Below are positions 63,624 through 64,000 of a DNA stretch of 64,000 bases, one piece after another. Origin of the DNA: a virus; IMG/VR virus record IMGVR_UViG_3300032087_005129, one strand, 5' to 3'. Within the stretch, counting starts at the first letter, position 1; every line of letters starts with the position of its first letter. The notes under the pieces were generated by a model. That model was not told the DNA's origin and did not search any database. It saw only the letters and a program-made list of their open reading frames with translations. The position numbers and the translations under genes were made by a program.

Positions 63624-64000
63624 ATGAGTGGTGAAATAGGAATTATTGGAAATGGTTTTGTTGGTGGGGCAGTTGCATATGGCTTCAAAGATAAAAACCC
63701 GCTAGTCTATGATTTGAAACCAGAGTTGTGTAAGAATACACTCGATGAAGTTTTAGGTTGTAAACATATTTTCGTTTGCTTGCCGACACCAATGGTTGAA
63801 GAAACTGGTGGAGAAGCAAACTTAAGCATTGTTGAAAACTGTCTAGAAAATTTAAGCAACCATTTTACAAAGGACTCAGATCAAGTTTTGATTTTGAAGT
63901 CTACTGTTCCTGTTGGCACGACCAATAAACTAGCAGAAAAGTATGATATAAGAAATTTAATTCACTGTCCAGAATTTTTAACTGCTGCTAATGCAAATTA
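63624..64000 (+). CDS. UDP-glucose/GDP-mannose 6-dehydrogenase (3'-truncated), not in the ORF track
   Basis: IGIIGNGFVG, FVCLPTP, ILKSTVPVGTT, CPEFL. Confidence 0.88.
   Translation, partial: MSGEIGIIGNGFVGGAVAYGFKDKNPLVYDLKPELCKNTLDEVLGCKHIFVCLPTPMVEETGGEANLSIVENCLENLSNHFTKDSDQVLILKSTVPVGTTNKLAEKYDIRNLIHCPEFLTAANAN

Noticed and set aside
1-64000. Stop-codon recoding, introns, inteins, homing endonucleases, integrase or transposase
   Set aside because: Core genes are intact and of normal length in the standard code; no such motifs were seen

Overview
This is a 64-kb segment of a large T4-like (Tevenvirinae/Kyanoviridae-type) myophage, probably aquatic, read in the standard genetic code. Bases 1-12.9 kb hold the virion core module: gp17 C-terminus, gp18, gp19, gp20, core-like ORFs, gp21 protease, an expanded gp22, gp23 and gp3. 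Bases 13.5-33.6 kb hold uvsY, uvsW, gp55, gp47, gp46, a 2OG-Fe(II) oxygenase and GNAT pair, uvsX, a 9-gene nucleotide-sugar/glycosyltransferase island, gp41 and an amino-DNA methyltransferase. Bases 33.6-46.7 kb are two divergent blocks driven by late promoters. Bases 46.9-58 kb are an early region, GC-richer at its left end, with a divergent vWA/HExxH + MoxR-type AAA+ pair, tRNA-Lys and many small ORFs. The window ends with more late genes, gp45, gp44 and a truncated UDP-glucose dehydrogenase. The most striking signal is a large, apparently modular 'capsid cargo' system. About 20 late ORFs start with a few classes of short leaders ending in [LIF]-x-E, the T4 gp21 cleavage consensus, and some resemble the T4 internal-protein capsid-targeting sequence. 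Several are polyproteins of small basic domains joined by double-Glu linkers (E-x-x-x-[ILV]-[DN]-E), the best example being an 894-aa ORF with about 10 modules. Related domains recur elsewhere as stand-alone genes or under different leaders. The cargo includes an ADP-ribosyltransferase-like protein and a five-member helical paralog family. All assignments come from motif recognition by eye; no searches were run.
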